A stretch of DNA of 64,000 nt from assembly GCA_049642065.1 (NCBI GenBank), contig JBAROK010000032.1, positions 4,100 to 68,099 of the forward strand, given 5' to 3'. Below the pieces are notes generated by a model that was given only the letters and a program-made list of their open reading frames with translations, did not search any database and was not told the origin of the DNA. Below, in pieces: positions 55,667-64,000 of the stretch. The DNA comes from Candidatus Omnitrophota bacterium (GTDB lineage Bacteria; Omnitrophota; Gorgyraeia; Tantalellales; Tantalellaceae). Made by a program: the position numbers and the translations under genes. Position 1 is the stretch's first letter. Each line of letters opens with the position of its first letter.

Positions 55667-56959
55667 ATGGACTGGAAGGTAAAAAAAGCCGTAACTGGAT
55701 TAAAGGGAGAATTAACGGTACCGCCTGATAAGAGTATATCTCATCGGGCAATAATGTTCGGATCCATATCTAACGGCAAATGCGAAGTGCGTAACTTTCT
55801 TTTTTCTGAAGACTGCATGAGCACCCTTAAAGCTTTTCATGCTCTTGGTACGGAGATAACAAGAGAAGGAGAGACCGTTACGGTAAAGGGTAAAGGGCTT
55901 AAAGGGCTTCAGCCCCCTTCGGGCGAGCTTTACCTTGGTAATTCCGGAACGACTATGCGCATAATATCCGGTATACTTGCCGGTCAATCTTTTGAGACGC
56001 TTTTAACCGGTGACGAATCGCTTTCCAAAAGACCCATGCGACGTATAATCGATCCGCTTTCTCTTATGGGAGCTGAAATAGAACCTACCGAAGGCGGAGA
56101 TCACGCGCCTTTAAAGATAAAAGGTAAAACTGTACCGCTTAAAGCGATCGACTATAGTTTACCCATGGCCAGTGCTCAGGTTAAGTCATGTGTCCTGGCA
56201 GCAGGGCTTTATGCTGATGGTAAAACACAGGTTATCGAACCTTACCAGTCCCGTGATCATACGGAACGCATGATGAAGTATTTCTCGGCAGACATAAGAC
56301 GGGACGGTCTTCTCACTGAAGTGCAGGGACTTAAAGAACTCATTTCCAAAGACCTTGTAGTACCCGGTGACATATCCAGCGCGGCTTTTTTTATGGTAGG
56401 GGCGCTTATTGTCCATGGATCACATCTTGTAATACGCGAGGTTGGGATGAACCCTACACGCACGGGGATCATTGAGGTCCTGAAAAGAATGGGCGCAGAC
56501 ATACGTGTGCTTGATCTCAGGGAAGGACTTGAACCTGTCGGTGATTTTGAAGTGCGGCATTCCGATCTTAAGGGGACGGTAGTGGAAGAAGACGAGGTAC
56601 CTCTACTCATAGACGAGATACCGATCCTTGCGGTAGCGGCCTGCATGGCCGAAGGGGAGACGGTGATCAAGGGCATAAAGGAGCTCAAGGTCAAGGAAAC
56701 CGACAGAGTGAAAAGCGTTACAGAAAATCTTTCCCAAATGGGGATTCGCGCAGAGGAAGAAAACAACTCTCTCATTATCCCGGGCAAATCAGCCGGACTT
56801 GCTGCAGCTGAACTTGACAGTTTTGGTGACCATCGTATTGCTATGAGCTCAGCAATAGCGGCACTGGTATCCGACGGCGAGTGCGTGATTCTCAACACAG
56901 CCTGCACAGACACCTCTTATCCTAACTTTTTAGGCGACCTGCACAAAGTCACAGGATAA
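55667..56959 (+). CDS. aroA: 3-phosphoshikimate 1-carboxyvinyltransferase (EPSP synthase).
   Basis: LPPDKSISHRA and GNSGTTMR motifs. The ATG at 55667 is 1 nt after the rluD stop. The track start at 55595 overlaps rluD. Confidence 0.9.
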   Translation: MDWKVKKAVTGLKGELTVPPDKSISHRAIMFGSISNGKCEVRNFLFSEDCMSTLKAFHALGTEITREGETVTVKGKGLKGLQPPSGELYLGNSGTTMRIISGILAGQSFETLLTGDESLSKRPMRRIIDPLSLMGAEIEPTEGGDHAPLKIKGKTVPLKAIDYSLPMASAQVKSCVLAAGLYADGKTQVIEPYQSRDHTERMMKYFSADIRRDGLLTEVQGLKELISKDLVVPGDISSAAFFMVGALIVHGSHLVIREVGMNPTRTGIIEVLKRMGADIRVLDLREGLEPVGDFEVRHSDLKGTVVEEDEVPLLIDEIPILAVAACMAEGETVIKGIKELKVKETDRVKSVTENLSQMGIRAEEENNSLIIPGKSAGLAAAELDSFGDHRIAMSSAIAALVSDGECVILNTACTDTSYPNFLGDLHKVTG

Positions 56960-57051
56960 AACCATATAAACAGTAGGGTTGTATATTTTTAGTACCTACC
57001 AAAAATATTTACAGGCTTCAAAAGGCCATAGTGCCAAAAAATAAAAAAAAT

Positions 57052-57080
57052 TTGACATCCTATATTTAATCTGTTACTAT
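57052..57080 (+). promoter_or_regulatory. Sigma70 promoter TTGACA-17-TACTAT for the mre operon.
   Basis: Hexamers at 57052-57057 and 57075-57080, with an AT-rich UP-like region upstream. Confidence 0.55.
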
Positions 57081-57133
57081 TCATATAGTTATAAACATAT
57101 AACAATATCAGTTTACTATTAACTATCGAGGTT

Positions 57134-58195
57134 ATGATGTGGCAACAATTCAATAAATATTTCGACCGTATACTGGGTATGTTCTCCAGTGATATGGGGA
57201 TAGACCTTGGAACTGCTTCCACCCTTGTTTATCTCAAGAATGAAGGTATCGTCCTTTGTGAGCCTTCAGTCGTTGCTATTGAAGCGGGAACTTCCAATGT
57301 TCTCGCCGTAGGTGAAGAAGCTAAACGTATGCTTGGGAGGACCCCCGGCAACATCATAGCTATACGGCCTATGAGGGACGGGGTAATAGCTGATTTCGAA
57401 ATTACCGAAAGCATGCTGAGATATTTTATTAAAAAAGTTCACAATTCACGTAGGCTGGTTCGCCCCCGTATAGTCATCGCTGTTCCGTCCGGTATCACTG
57501 AAGTGGAAAAAAGAGCCGTTAAAGATTCTGCTCTTCATGCCGGTGCAAGGGAGGTCTTTATGCTGGAAGAACCTGTTGCAGCTTCGATAGGTGTGGGTCT
57601 GCCGATACAGGAACCTTCCGGTAACATGATAATCGATATCGGCGGAGGGACGACGGAGATGGCCGTTATTTCTCTGGCGGGTGTGGTGTTTTCAAAATCT
57701 ATCCGTATCGGTGGAGATGAGATGGATGAAGCACTTATAAACTATCTGAAGAGGACATATAATCTCATGGTGGGAGAAAGAACCGCTGAGGAGATCAAGA
57801 TCAGGATAGGCTCCGGGTATCCCATGGAAGAAGAGATGACGATGGATGTTCGTGGCCGTGATCTGGTAGCGGGACTTCCGAAGATGATCACTATAACCAG
57901 CGAAGAGGTCCGGGAATCTCTTGCAGAACCCATCGCTCAGATAGTGGAAGCGGTAAGGATAACCCTTGAAAGGACACCACCGGAACTGTCGGCAGACCTT
58001 ATTGAAAAAGGTCTTATCCTGGCAGGTGGCGGTGCGCTCCTCAGAGGTATTGATAAACTCATCGCTGAAGAGACGGGCTTGCCCGTTCATCTTGCCGATG
58101 ATCCGTTAACAGCTGTTGTACTGGGCACAGGTAAAGTTTTAAGCGAGTTAAGGTACCTTAAAAGACTAACAGTTGCGCCCAGGTTGCAGAAATAA
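57134..58195 (+). CDS. mreB: Rod-shape-determining actin homolog MreB.
   Basis: [18 protein letters not shown] and IDIGGGTTE phosphate-binding motifs. Confidence 0.9.
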   Translation: MMWQQFNKYFDRILGMFSSDMGIDLGTASTLVYLKNEGIVLCEPSVVAIEAGTSNVLAVGEEAKRMLGRTPGNIIAIRPMRDGVIADFEITESMLRYFIKKVHNSRRLVRPRIVIAVPSGITEVEKRAVKDSALHAGAREVFMLEEPVAASIGVGLPIQEPSGNMIIDIGGGTTEMAVISLAGVVFSKSIRIGGDEMDEALINYLKRTYNLMVGERTAEEIKIRIGSGYPMEEEMTMDVRGRDLVAGLPKMITITSEEVRESLAEPIAQIVEAVRITLERTPPELSADLIEKGLILAGGGALLRGIDKLIAEETGLPVHLADDPLTAVVLGTGKVLSELRYLKRLTVAPRLQK

Positions 58196-58211
58196 GCAAT
58201 AATTATTCGAT

Positions 58212-58988
58212 GTGCAGAGACTTTTCAAAGAAAAACGAATCTGGATATTCATTACCACAGTTCTTGTGGTAGTGCTTCTACTTTTTCTTGTTCCACCGCT
58301 TTCCGCGGGAATTAAAAACCTCTCTTTAAAGATGATTTCAATACCGGCAGATGTCGTTACAGGCATCGGCCGTCATTTCCGTTCGAAACACGATCTTGAA
58401 GAAGAGAACAGACTCTTACGCAAAGAGGTCGGTGAACTTTCACTCCAGGTCGGTCAGTTCGAAGAACTTCGTAACGAGAACAAGCGCCTCAGAGATTTGC
58501 TCCTGTTTAAGGATGCTGTAGGGTTTGATACCGTTTCTGCGGAGGTTATCGCACGCAACCCTAACGATTGGGAAGGCACGTTCGTTATCAACAAGGGAAC
58601 TAGTGATGGGTTACGCAAGAATATGGCGGTTTGTTCGTCAAAAGGTCTTCTGGGTAAGACGATAGAGGTCCAAAAGGGAATTAGTTCAGTTATGCTGATA
58701 ACTCATCCGGGGTTTAAAGCGGGTGGTACTATCAAGGATACCCGGATCAATGGGGTTATTATGGGTGCGGGAAAGGGAATGGTCAGGATGCTTTATATCC
58801 CCGTGGACGCGGAAGTCAAAAAGGGCGAAATTGTGATTACCTCTGGGTTCAGCCGTATTTTCCCAAAAGGTATCACTGTAGGAGAGATCGTTTCGGTAGG
58901 TAAGAGCAAAACAGGGCTCTATAAATACGCTCTGGTAAAGCCTTCCGCAGATCCCAGTATCCAGGAAGAAGTTCTTTGCATCAAGTAA
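58212..58988 (+). CDS. mreC: Rod-shape-determining protein MreC.
   Basis: TM helix, coiled-coil and beta-rich domains. GTG start. Lies between mreB and mreD. Confidence 0.8.
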   Translation: MQRLFKEKRIWIFITTVLVVVLLLFLVPPLSAGIKNLSLKMISIPADVVTGIGRHFRSKHDLEEENRLLRKEVGELSLQVGQFEELRNENKRLRDLLLFKDAVGFDTVSAEVIARNPNDWEGTFVINKGTSDGLRKNMAVCSSKGLLGKTIEVQKGISSVMLITHPGFKAGGTIKDTRINGVIMGAGKGMVRMLYIPVDAEVKKGEIVITSGFSRIFPKGITVGEIVSVGKSKTGLYKYALVKPSADPSIQEEVLCIK

Positions 58989-59006
58989 CAGAACTCATAT
59001 TAAAAG

Positions 59007-59495
59007 ATGGAAAAAAAGACGAAACAACGACTATATCTTTACGGGCTGCTATTTGTGGCATTGTTGGCGCAGGTTTCTTTTATGGGGCGTGCGGCATGGT
59101 GTCCTGATCTTATTCTGCTTGTGGTGGTTTTTACCGGCATATTCTGGGGAGCCAAAGAAGGGTTTACACTTGGGCTAGTTGCGGGGTTTTTAAGAGGATG
59201 TTTTTCTCCGAATATGTTTCCCCTGGATATAATTCTTTTTTCCGCTGTAGGTGCCGCTTCAGCCGTAATGGCCAAGATGTTCTACCGTCAGAATCCTTCC
59301 GCCCAGATGTTTACCGCTGCGGTTGCGACACTGGCGGTAATTTTAGCACATACTTTATATCAGAATGCGTTAAGCGGTAACGATATTGAGCTTTCACTGG
59401 TTATCTACAGTAGCAGGAGAACTCTGATAAGCACTGTGTTTGTAGCGCCGCTACTATTCGTGCCACTTCAGGGATGGTTGAAACTGGAAGAATAA
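59007..59495 (+). CDS. mreD: Rod-shape-determining protein MreD.
   Basis: Polytopic small membrane protein in the conserved mreBCD position. Confidence 0.7.
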   Translation: MEKKTKQRLYLYGLLFVALLAQVSFMGRAAWCPDLILLVVVFTGIFWGAKEGFTLGLVAGFLRGCFSPNMFPLDIILFSAVGAASAVMAKMFYRQNPSAQMFTAAVATLAVILAHTLYQNALSGNDIELSLVIYSSRRTLISTVFVAPLLFVPLQGWLKLEE

Positions 59496-59502
59496 TAGAG
59501 TT

Positions 59503-61227
59503 ATGAGAACGAAGATATATGCTTTAATTTTATCTATATTTTTTGTGCTGCTTCTGTGCGGCTTAGGATACGTACAGATACACAGGCACGCTAAGTATAA
59601 GGTGATGTCGGAAGAGAACCGGCTAAAGGTCATACCACTTATGGCGCCCAGAGGGTCTATCCTGGACAGAAACGGCAAAGATATGGTAAAGGATGTTTTG
59701 AGCTTTGATGTTTCTATAATATACAGTCAGATCAAGAGCATGGACGAACTAGCAGATATCCTTAGTTCTGTTTTAAATGTGCCTGCGGAGGAGATAAAAA
59801 CAAAAATAAAAAAAAGTCGCTGGAGACCCTATTCCCCGACGGTTATCGTGGAAGATATCGGTGTTGAGAATGGGATATACCTTGAAGAGATAGCGATGGA
59901 CTATCCGGCGCTGTTGATAGATGTTTCCGCGAAAAGGGAGTATGTCAAAGGAGAAGGGGGAGCGAATGTTCTGGGGTATCTCGGGCTGATAAACCGGTCT
60001 GAATTCGATAGGTTGAAGCATTATGGTTATAGGATGAACGATCTTGTGGGAAGAGGCGGAGTTGAAAAGGTATATGACGATTATTTGAGAGGGACGCACG
60101 GGGGCAAGCAGGTAGAAGTAGACCACAGAGGGCGCGAGATCATGTTGCTGGGCCTTAAGGAACCGGTTCCGGGGAAAGACCTGTATCTTACGATCGATCT
60201 GGATCTGCAGGAGTATTGCGATGAACTTTTGGAAGGGAAAAGAGGTGCTATTATAGCGATGGAGCCCGATACGGGAGCTATTCTGGCAATGGCCAGCGCA
60301 CCGTCATATGATCCTGAGATATTCATCGATAGCAGAAGAAAAGCAGAAGTAACTGATGTGTTGAAGGATAAAAAATATCCTTTGCTTAATAGGGCTATCA
60401 CCGGTGCGTACCCGCCCGGATCGGTTTTTAAGGCTATACTAGCCACGGCTGGACTGGAAACGGGAGTGATAACACTGTATACGACTTTTGATTGTATGGG
60501 TAGCATCAAACTAGGCAGAAGGACTTTCCATTGCTGGAAAAAAGGTGGACATGGTACCCAGGCACTGGAAGAGGCCATAAAGAACTCCTGTAACGTGTAT
60601 TTCTGGAGATTGGGAAGTCTTCTCGGTGTGGATAATATAGCTGAGTATGCCGAGATGTTCGGTGTAGGTAAAAAGACAGGGGTAGATCTTCCCGGCGAGG
60701 TGGCGGGTCTATTGCCGAGCAGAGAATGGAAAAAGAAAGAGTATAAAGAATCCTGGTATAAAGGTGAGACGCTGAACTATTCAGTAGGGCAGGGATATGT
60801 ATTATGCTCTCCACTTCAGCTTTGCCGCATTATGGCGGTTTTTGCCAACGGGGGATACCTTGTTAGGCCTTACATCGCCGCAAGTGTGGAAGGTGTTTCC
60901 CTGAACAGTCCTGAAAGGACGCGGCTGGATATCTCGGAAGAGACTTTAGAGCACGTTAGAGAAGGATTAAAAAAAGTAGTTAACGATAAAAGGGGTACCG
61001 GCATGAAAGCGTGTCAACCTGATGTGGTGGTCGCAGGGAAGACCGGTACGGCACAGACCTCAAAAGGGAAAAGCCACGGCTGGTTCGCAGGATTCGCGCC
61101 TTTTGATAACCCAAAATTAACAGTAATTGTTTTTGATGAGTATGGCGGTAAAGGCGGATATTATGCTGCTGCAACGGCCGGGAAAGTATTCAAAAGATCT
61201 AACGAATTAGGGCTTTTAAAACCGTAA
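59503..61227 (+). CDS. mrdA: Peptidoglycan D,D-transpeptidase MrdA (PBP2, class B).
   Basis: SVFK, SCN and KTGTAQ motifs. N-terminal TM and dimerisation domain. Confidence 0.9.
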   Translation: MRTKIYALILSIFFVLLLCGLGYVQIHRHAKYKVMSEENRLKVIPLMAPRGSILDRNGKDMVKDVLSFDVSIIYSQIKSMDELADILSSVLNVPAEEIKTKIKKSRWRPYSPTVIVEDIGVENGIYLEEIAMDYPALLIDVSAKREYVKGEGGANVLGYLGLINRSEFDRLKHYGYRMNDLVGRGGVEKVYDDYLRGTHGGKQVEVDHRGREIMLLGLKEPVPGKDLYLTIDLDLQEYCDELLEGKRGAIIAMEPDTGAILAMASAPSYDPEIFIDSRRKAEVTDVLKDKKYPLLNRAITGAYPPGSVFKAILATAGLETGVITLYTTFDCMGSIKLGRRTFHCWKKGGHGTQALEEAIKNSCNVYFWRLGSLLGVDNIAEYAEMFGVGKKTGVDLPGEVAGLLPSREWKKKEYKESWYKGETLNYSVGQGYVLCSPLQLCRIMAVFANGGYLVRPYIAASVEGVSLNSPERTRLDISEETLEHVREGLKKVVNDKRGTGMKACQPDVVVAGKTGTAQTSKGKSHGWFAGFAPFDNPKLTVIVFDEYGGKGGYYAAATAGKVFKRSNELGLLKP

Positions 61228-61240
61228 CTAAGACTGAAAA

Positions 61241-62335
61241 ATGTTAAAAGAAGTAAGAGGACAGGTAGATCACGTATTATTATTCGCTATTCTGGTGATA
61301 GTGATCCTGGGTATATGTTTTATCTATAGTGCTACGTGGGATCCGGTATCTGCAGGCAGCGGTTTGCACACGCTCGTAGTTAAGCAGATGGTCTGGGTAG
61401 CGGCAGGGTTTGCGATGGCGTTTTTGATCGCTAACATCGATTATTTAAGACTAGTGAATTACGCGTATCTTATTTATGCGCTTAATCTGGTCGCACTGGT
61501 CTTTCTTCTGATCTTCGGGGGAGAGAGCCATGGCGCCAGACGATGGATAAACCTCGGGCCGGTATCTCTTCAGCCTTCAGAATTCATGAAGGTTACAGTG
61601 ATACTGGTTTTAGCGGCTTTTCTAGGAGAACGGCGCGAGAAAGCCGGTTCTTTTGAAAATTTTGCGGGAGCGATTCTTTTAATATTGCCTGCTGCACTTT
61701 TAATATTCTTGCAGCCGGATCTGGGGACCGCGTTCGTGCTTGTCCCGATACTCTTCACGATGTTATTTATTTGCGGAGAGAACATCAAGTATATACTTTC
61801 CAGCATAACCATTGGATTGGCTAGCATGCCGCTATTCTGGATGCTTCTTAAAGATTATCAGAAAGACCGGCTCATGGTTTTTATTAATCCGGACATAGAT
61901 CCTCTTGGGGCGGGATATACCATAATACAATCGAAGATAGCGATAGGGTCCGGCGGGCTTTTTGGGAAAGGGTGGCTTAATGGTACACAAAGCCATCTGA
62001 AATTCCTGCCCGAAAGGCATACAGATTTTATTTTTTCTGTTGTAGGAGAAGAATGGGGGTTCGTGGGAGCGTTTTTACTGGTAGGGTTTTATGCGCTGGT
62101 TATAGCCAGGGGAATAAGGATAATAGCCGGCTCAACTGACGTGTACGGAAGAGCTATTGCTGCCGGTATAGTTACGTTGGTGGCGTTCCAGGTTTTCGTG
62201 AATATCTCTATGACAATAGGGATGATGCCCGTTGTGGGACTTCCTCTTCCGGCGGTCAGTTACGGGGGATCGAACACAGTCGCATCACTTATATGTATAG
62301 GATTCTTGTTAAGTATCAGCCGGAGAGTTAGCTAA
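61241..62335 (+). CDS. rodA: SEDS-family peptidoglycan polymerase RodA.
   Basis: SEDS 10-TM pattern with PERHTDFIFS. Follows mrdA. Confidence 0.85.
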   Translation: MLKEVRGQVDHVLLFAILVIVILGICFIYSATWDPVSAGSGLHTLVVKQMVWVAAGFAMAFLIANIDYLRLVNYAYLIYALNLVALVFLLIFGGESHGARRWINLGPVSLQPSEFMKVTVILVLAAFLGERREKAGSFENFAGAILLILPAALLIFLQPDLGTAFVLVPILFTMLFICGENIKYILSSITIGLASMPLFWMLLKDYQKDRLMVFINPDIDPLGAGYTIIQSKIAIGSGGLFGKGWLNGTQSHLKFLPERHTDFIFSVVGEEWGFVGAFLLVGFYALVIARGIRIIAGSTDVYGRAIAAGIVTLVAFQVFVNISMTIGMMPVVGLPLPAVSYGGSNTVASLICIGFLLSISRRVS

Positions 62336-62337
62336 AA

Positions 62338-64000
62338 ATGGACGATCAGCTGAAAAACATATTAACAAGGGTACAGAAACCCGGCAGGTATATAGGCGGG
62401 GAGACGAACAGTGTGCGCAAAGATCATACGAAGGATAAAGTCTCTGTCGCACTTGCGTATCCCGATCTTTACGAAGTGGGTATGAGCTATCTGGGGATGC
62501 GTATACTCTATCACCTGCTTAACGAAAAAGATGATGTAGTTTGTGAACGCGTGTTCGCGCCTTGGTCGGATATGGAAGATGAGCTAAAGAAAGAAGGCCG
62601 TAAACTGTTCGGTCTTGAGACCAGTACCGATCTTGATAAGTTCGATATTATAGGTTTTTCGGTTGTTTATGAGCTAACTTACACCAATGTGCTGAACATG
62701 CTTCATCTCGGGGGAGTGCCAGTCAGGGCAACCGATAGAAGTGATAGTGATCCGCTTGTTATAGCTGGCGGAGCGTGTTGTTATAACCCAGAACCCATGA
62801 GCGAGTTTTTCGATGCGTTCGTGATAGGTGACGGCGAAGAAGTTCTTCCCAGGATAGTCGATGAATGCCGGCGCCTCAAGAAAAGCGGTGCGGGAAGAGA
62901 CATTATTCTGAAAGAGTTATCCCGCATTGAAGGAGTGTACGTGCCGTCTTATTATGAGCCGGAATATAAAGATGGATGGTTCTTGCATATTAAACCCTTG
63001 GAAGAGGGCGTACCCGCAAAGATAAAAAGAATATTTATCAAGGACCTGGAAAGTGCGTATTATCCGACAAAACAGATAGTCCCCTTGATCAGGATCGTTC
63101 ATGACAGGATCGCAGTAGAGATTATGAGAGGGTGTCCGAACAAGTGCCGGTTCTGTCAGGCCAGTGCGGTTAACCGTCCGGTAAGGTTAAGAAGTCCGGA
63201 AAAAATAAAAGAACTTTGTCGTGACACCTATAGCAAAACTGGGTATGAGAATATAGCGCTTTTGTCGCTTTCAAGCGTGAATTACCCGTATCTCACGGAA
63301 CTGGTTGCTGGCTTGAACGAGGATTTTCGTGATAAGGGGGTAGGTATTTCGATACCTTCGTTACGGGTGGATGAGGCGTTCTATGAGATACCTGAGATGA
63401 TTTCAACGATAAAGAAAGCAGGGCTCACTTTTGCGCCGGAGACCGCAAGTGAAGTAGTGAGGGAATCAATAGGCAAAGAGATTGACGTCGAGATACTTTG
63501 CAAGTCAGCGTTACTTGCGTATCGTCATGGCTGGCGGAAATTGAAACTCTATTTCATGGTCGGGTTTCCCGGTGAACCTAAAGAAGAAGCAAACAGGATA
63601 CTTGAACTGGCTAGGGAGCTTTCCAGCCTGAAAAAGAAGATATCTAAAAGCGCAGCTGAAATAAAGCTCAGCGTCAACCCGTTCATACCGAAACCTCATA
63701 CGCCTCTTCAGTGGCTCGGAATGCGTAATGCGGATGATCTTGCGGAAATAAAAAGTCTTATGCAATCGAATTCTTCAAAGAAAGTTAAGATAGATTTTCA
63801 TGACATAGATCAAACCGTTCTTGAGGCGTGTATGGCAAGGGGGGATCGGAGAGTAGGGGAAATCATATTCAGGGCTTGGGAAAAGGGCGCGAAGATGGAT
63901 GCTTGGAGAGAGTTCTTTGATCTTTCTGTTTGGAAAGAATCTTTTGATGAGAGCGGTCTGGAAATGCGGCAGCTTGCACAGAAAACGTATTCTATTGATG
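62338..64000 (+). CDS. Radical SAM family protein (TIGR03960-like), 3' partial (runs off the window).
   Basis: GCPNKCRFCQ CxxxCxxC cluster. The N-terminus VQKPGRYIGGE...SVALAYPDLYEVGMSYLG is typical of the uncharacterised B12-like radical SAM family. No stop codon before position 64000. Confidence 0.75.
   Translation, partial: MDDQLKNILTRVQKPGRYIGGETNSVRKDHTKDKVSVALAYPDLYEVGMSYLGMRILYHLLNEKDDVVCERVFAPWSDMEDELKKEGRKLFGLETSTDLDKFDIIGFSVVYELTYTNVLNMLHLGGVPVRATDRSDSDPLVIAGGACCYNPEPMSEFFDAFVIGDGEEVLPRIVDECRRLKKSGAGRDIILKELSRIEGVYVPSYYEPEYKDGWFLHIKPLEEGVPAKIKRIFIKDLESAYYPTKQIVPLIRIVHDRIAVEIMRGCPNKCRFCQASAVNRPVRLRSPEKIKELCRDTYSKTGYENIALLSLSSVNYPYLTELVAGLNEDFRDKGVGISIPSLRVDEAFYEIPEMISTIKKAGLTFAPETASEVVRESIGKEIDVEILCKSALLAYRHGWRKLKLYFMVGFPGEPKEEANRILELARELSSLKKKISKSAAEIKLSVNPFIPKPHTPLQWLGMRNADDLAEIKSLMQSNSSKKVKIDFHDIDQTVLEACMARGDRRVGEIIFRAWEKGAKMDAWREFFDLSVWKESFDESGLEMRQLAQKTYSID

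Noticed and set aside
56257-56913. 218-aa - strand ORF.
   Set aside because: Fully antisense to aroA, which has unambiguous EPSP synthase motifs.

Overview
This window reads as one contiguous stretch of a bacterial chromosome with Gram-negative-type envelope genes (lspA, lgt, mreBCD, meso-DAP-type murE). GC looks mid-40s percent by eye; I did not compute it. Coding is dense and almost entirely on the + strand. I see no rRNA, tRNA, CRISPR array or recognisable transposase/integrase.

The window divides into blocks:
- 0-4.4 kb: a tightly packed + strand operon (K-rich protein, HEAT-repeat protein, M48 peptidase, EndoIII-like protein, small ORF, SuhB).
- 4.4-16.4 kb: an accessory-looking region. 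It holds an orphan response regulator, NUDIX hydrolase, nitroreductase, lipoprotein, flavodoxin, PhoH2 (PIN+PhoH), DUF134, SYLF, two tandem secreted TIM-barrel glycoside-hydrolase paralogs on the - strand, GreA, flavin reductase and a metallophosphoesterase.
- 16.4-21 kb: a sulfur amino-acid operon, cymR-like Rrf2 regulator, metY, cysK, metX, metW.
- 21-25.6 kb: a UvrD helicase fused to a Cas4/AddB-like nuclease, then a YhaM-like OB+HD nuclease and a minimal Zn metallopeptidase.
- 26.7-28.5 kb: a ParA-type ATPase fused to a CBM48 glycogen-binding domain, then ArfB and a minimal Smr protein.
- 28.5-30.1 kb: an NSS-family transporter with a translationally coupled 34-aa membrane micro-ORF that is not in the ORF track.
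- 31.2-47.7 kb: a complete dcw cluster (mraZ, rsmH, ftsL, ftsI, murE, murF, mraY, murD, ftsW, murG, murC, murB, ddl, ftsQ, ftsA). It ends without ftsZ. It also carries two small SD-equipped ORFs inserted between mraZ and rsmH.
- 47.8-48.0 kb: a promoter plus terminator unit with no ORF, a candidate ~130-nt sRNA.
- 48.1-57 kb: proC, yggT, DUF167, mtnP, ileS, a dksA/traR-like gene, lspA, lgt, rluD, aroA.
- 57-64 kb: mreB, mreC, mreD, mrdA, rodA and a partial radical-SAM gene.

The most unusual items are the ParA-CBM48 fusion, the NSS transporter plus micro-ORF embedded in Met/Cys metabolism, the mraZ-rsmH insert, the sRNA-like unit after ftsA with no ftsZ, and a perfect 16-bp hairpin between metY and cysK.
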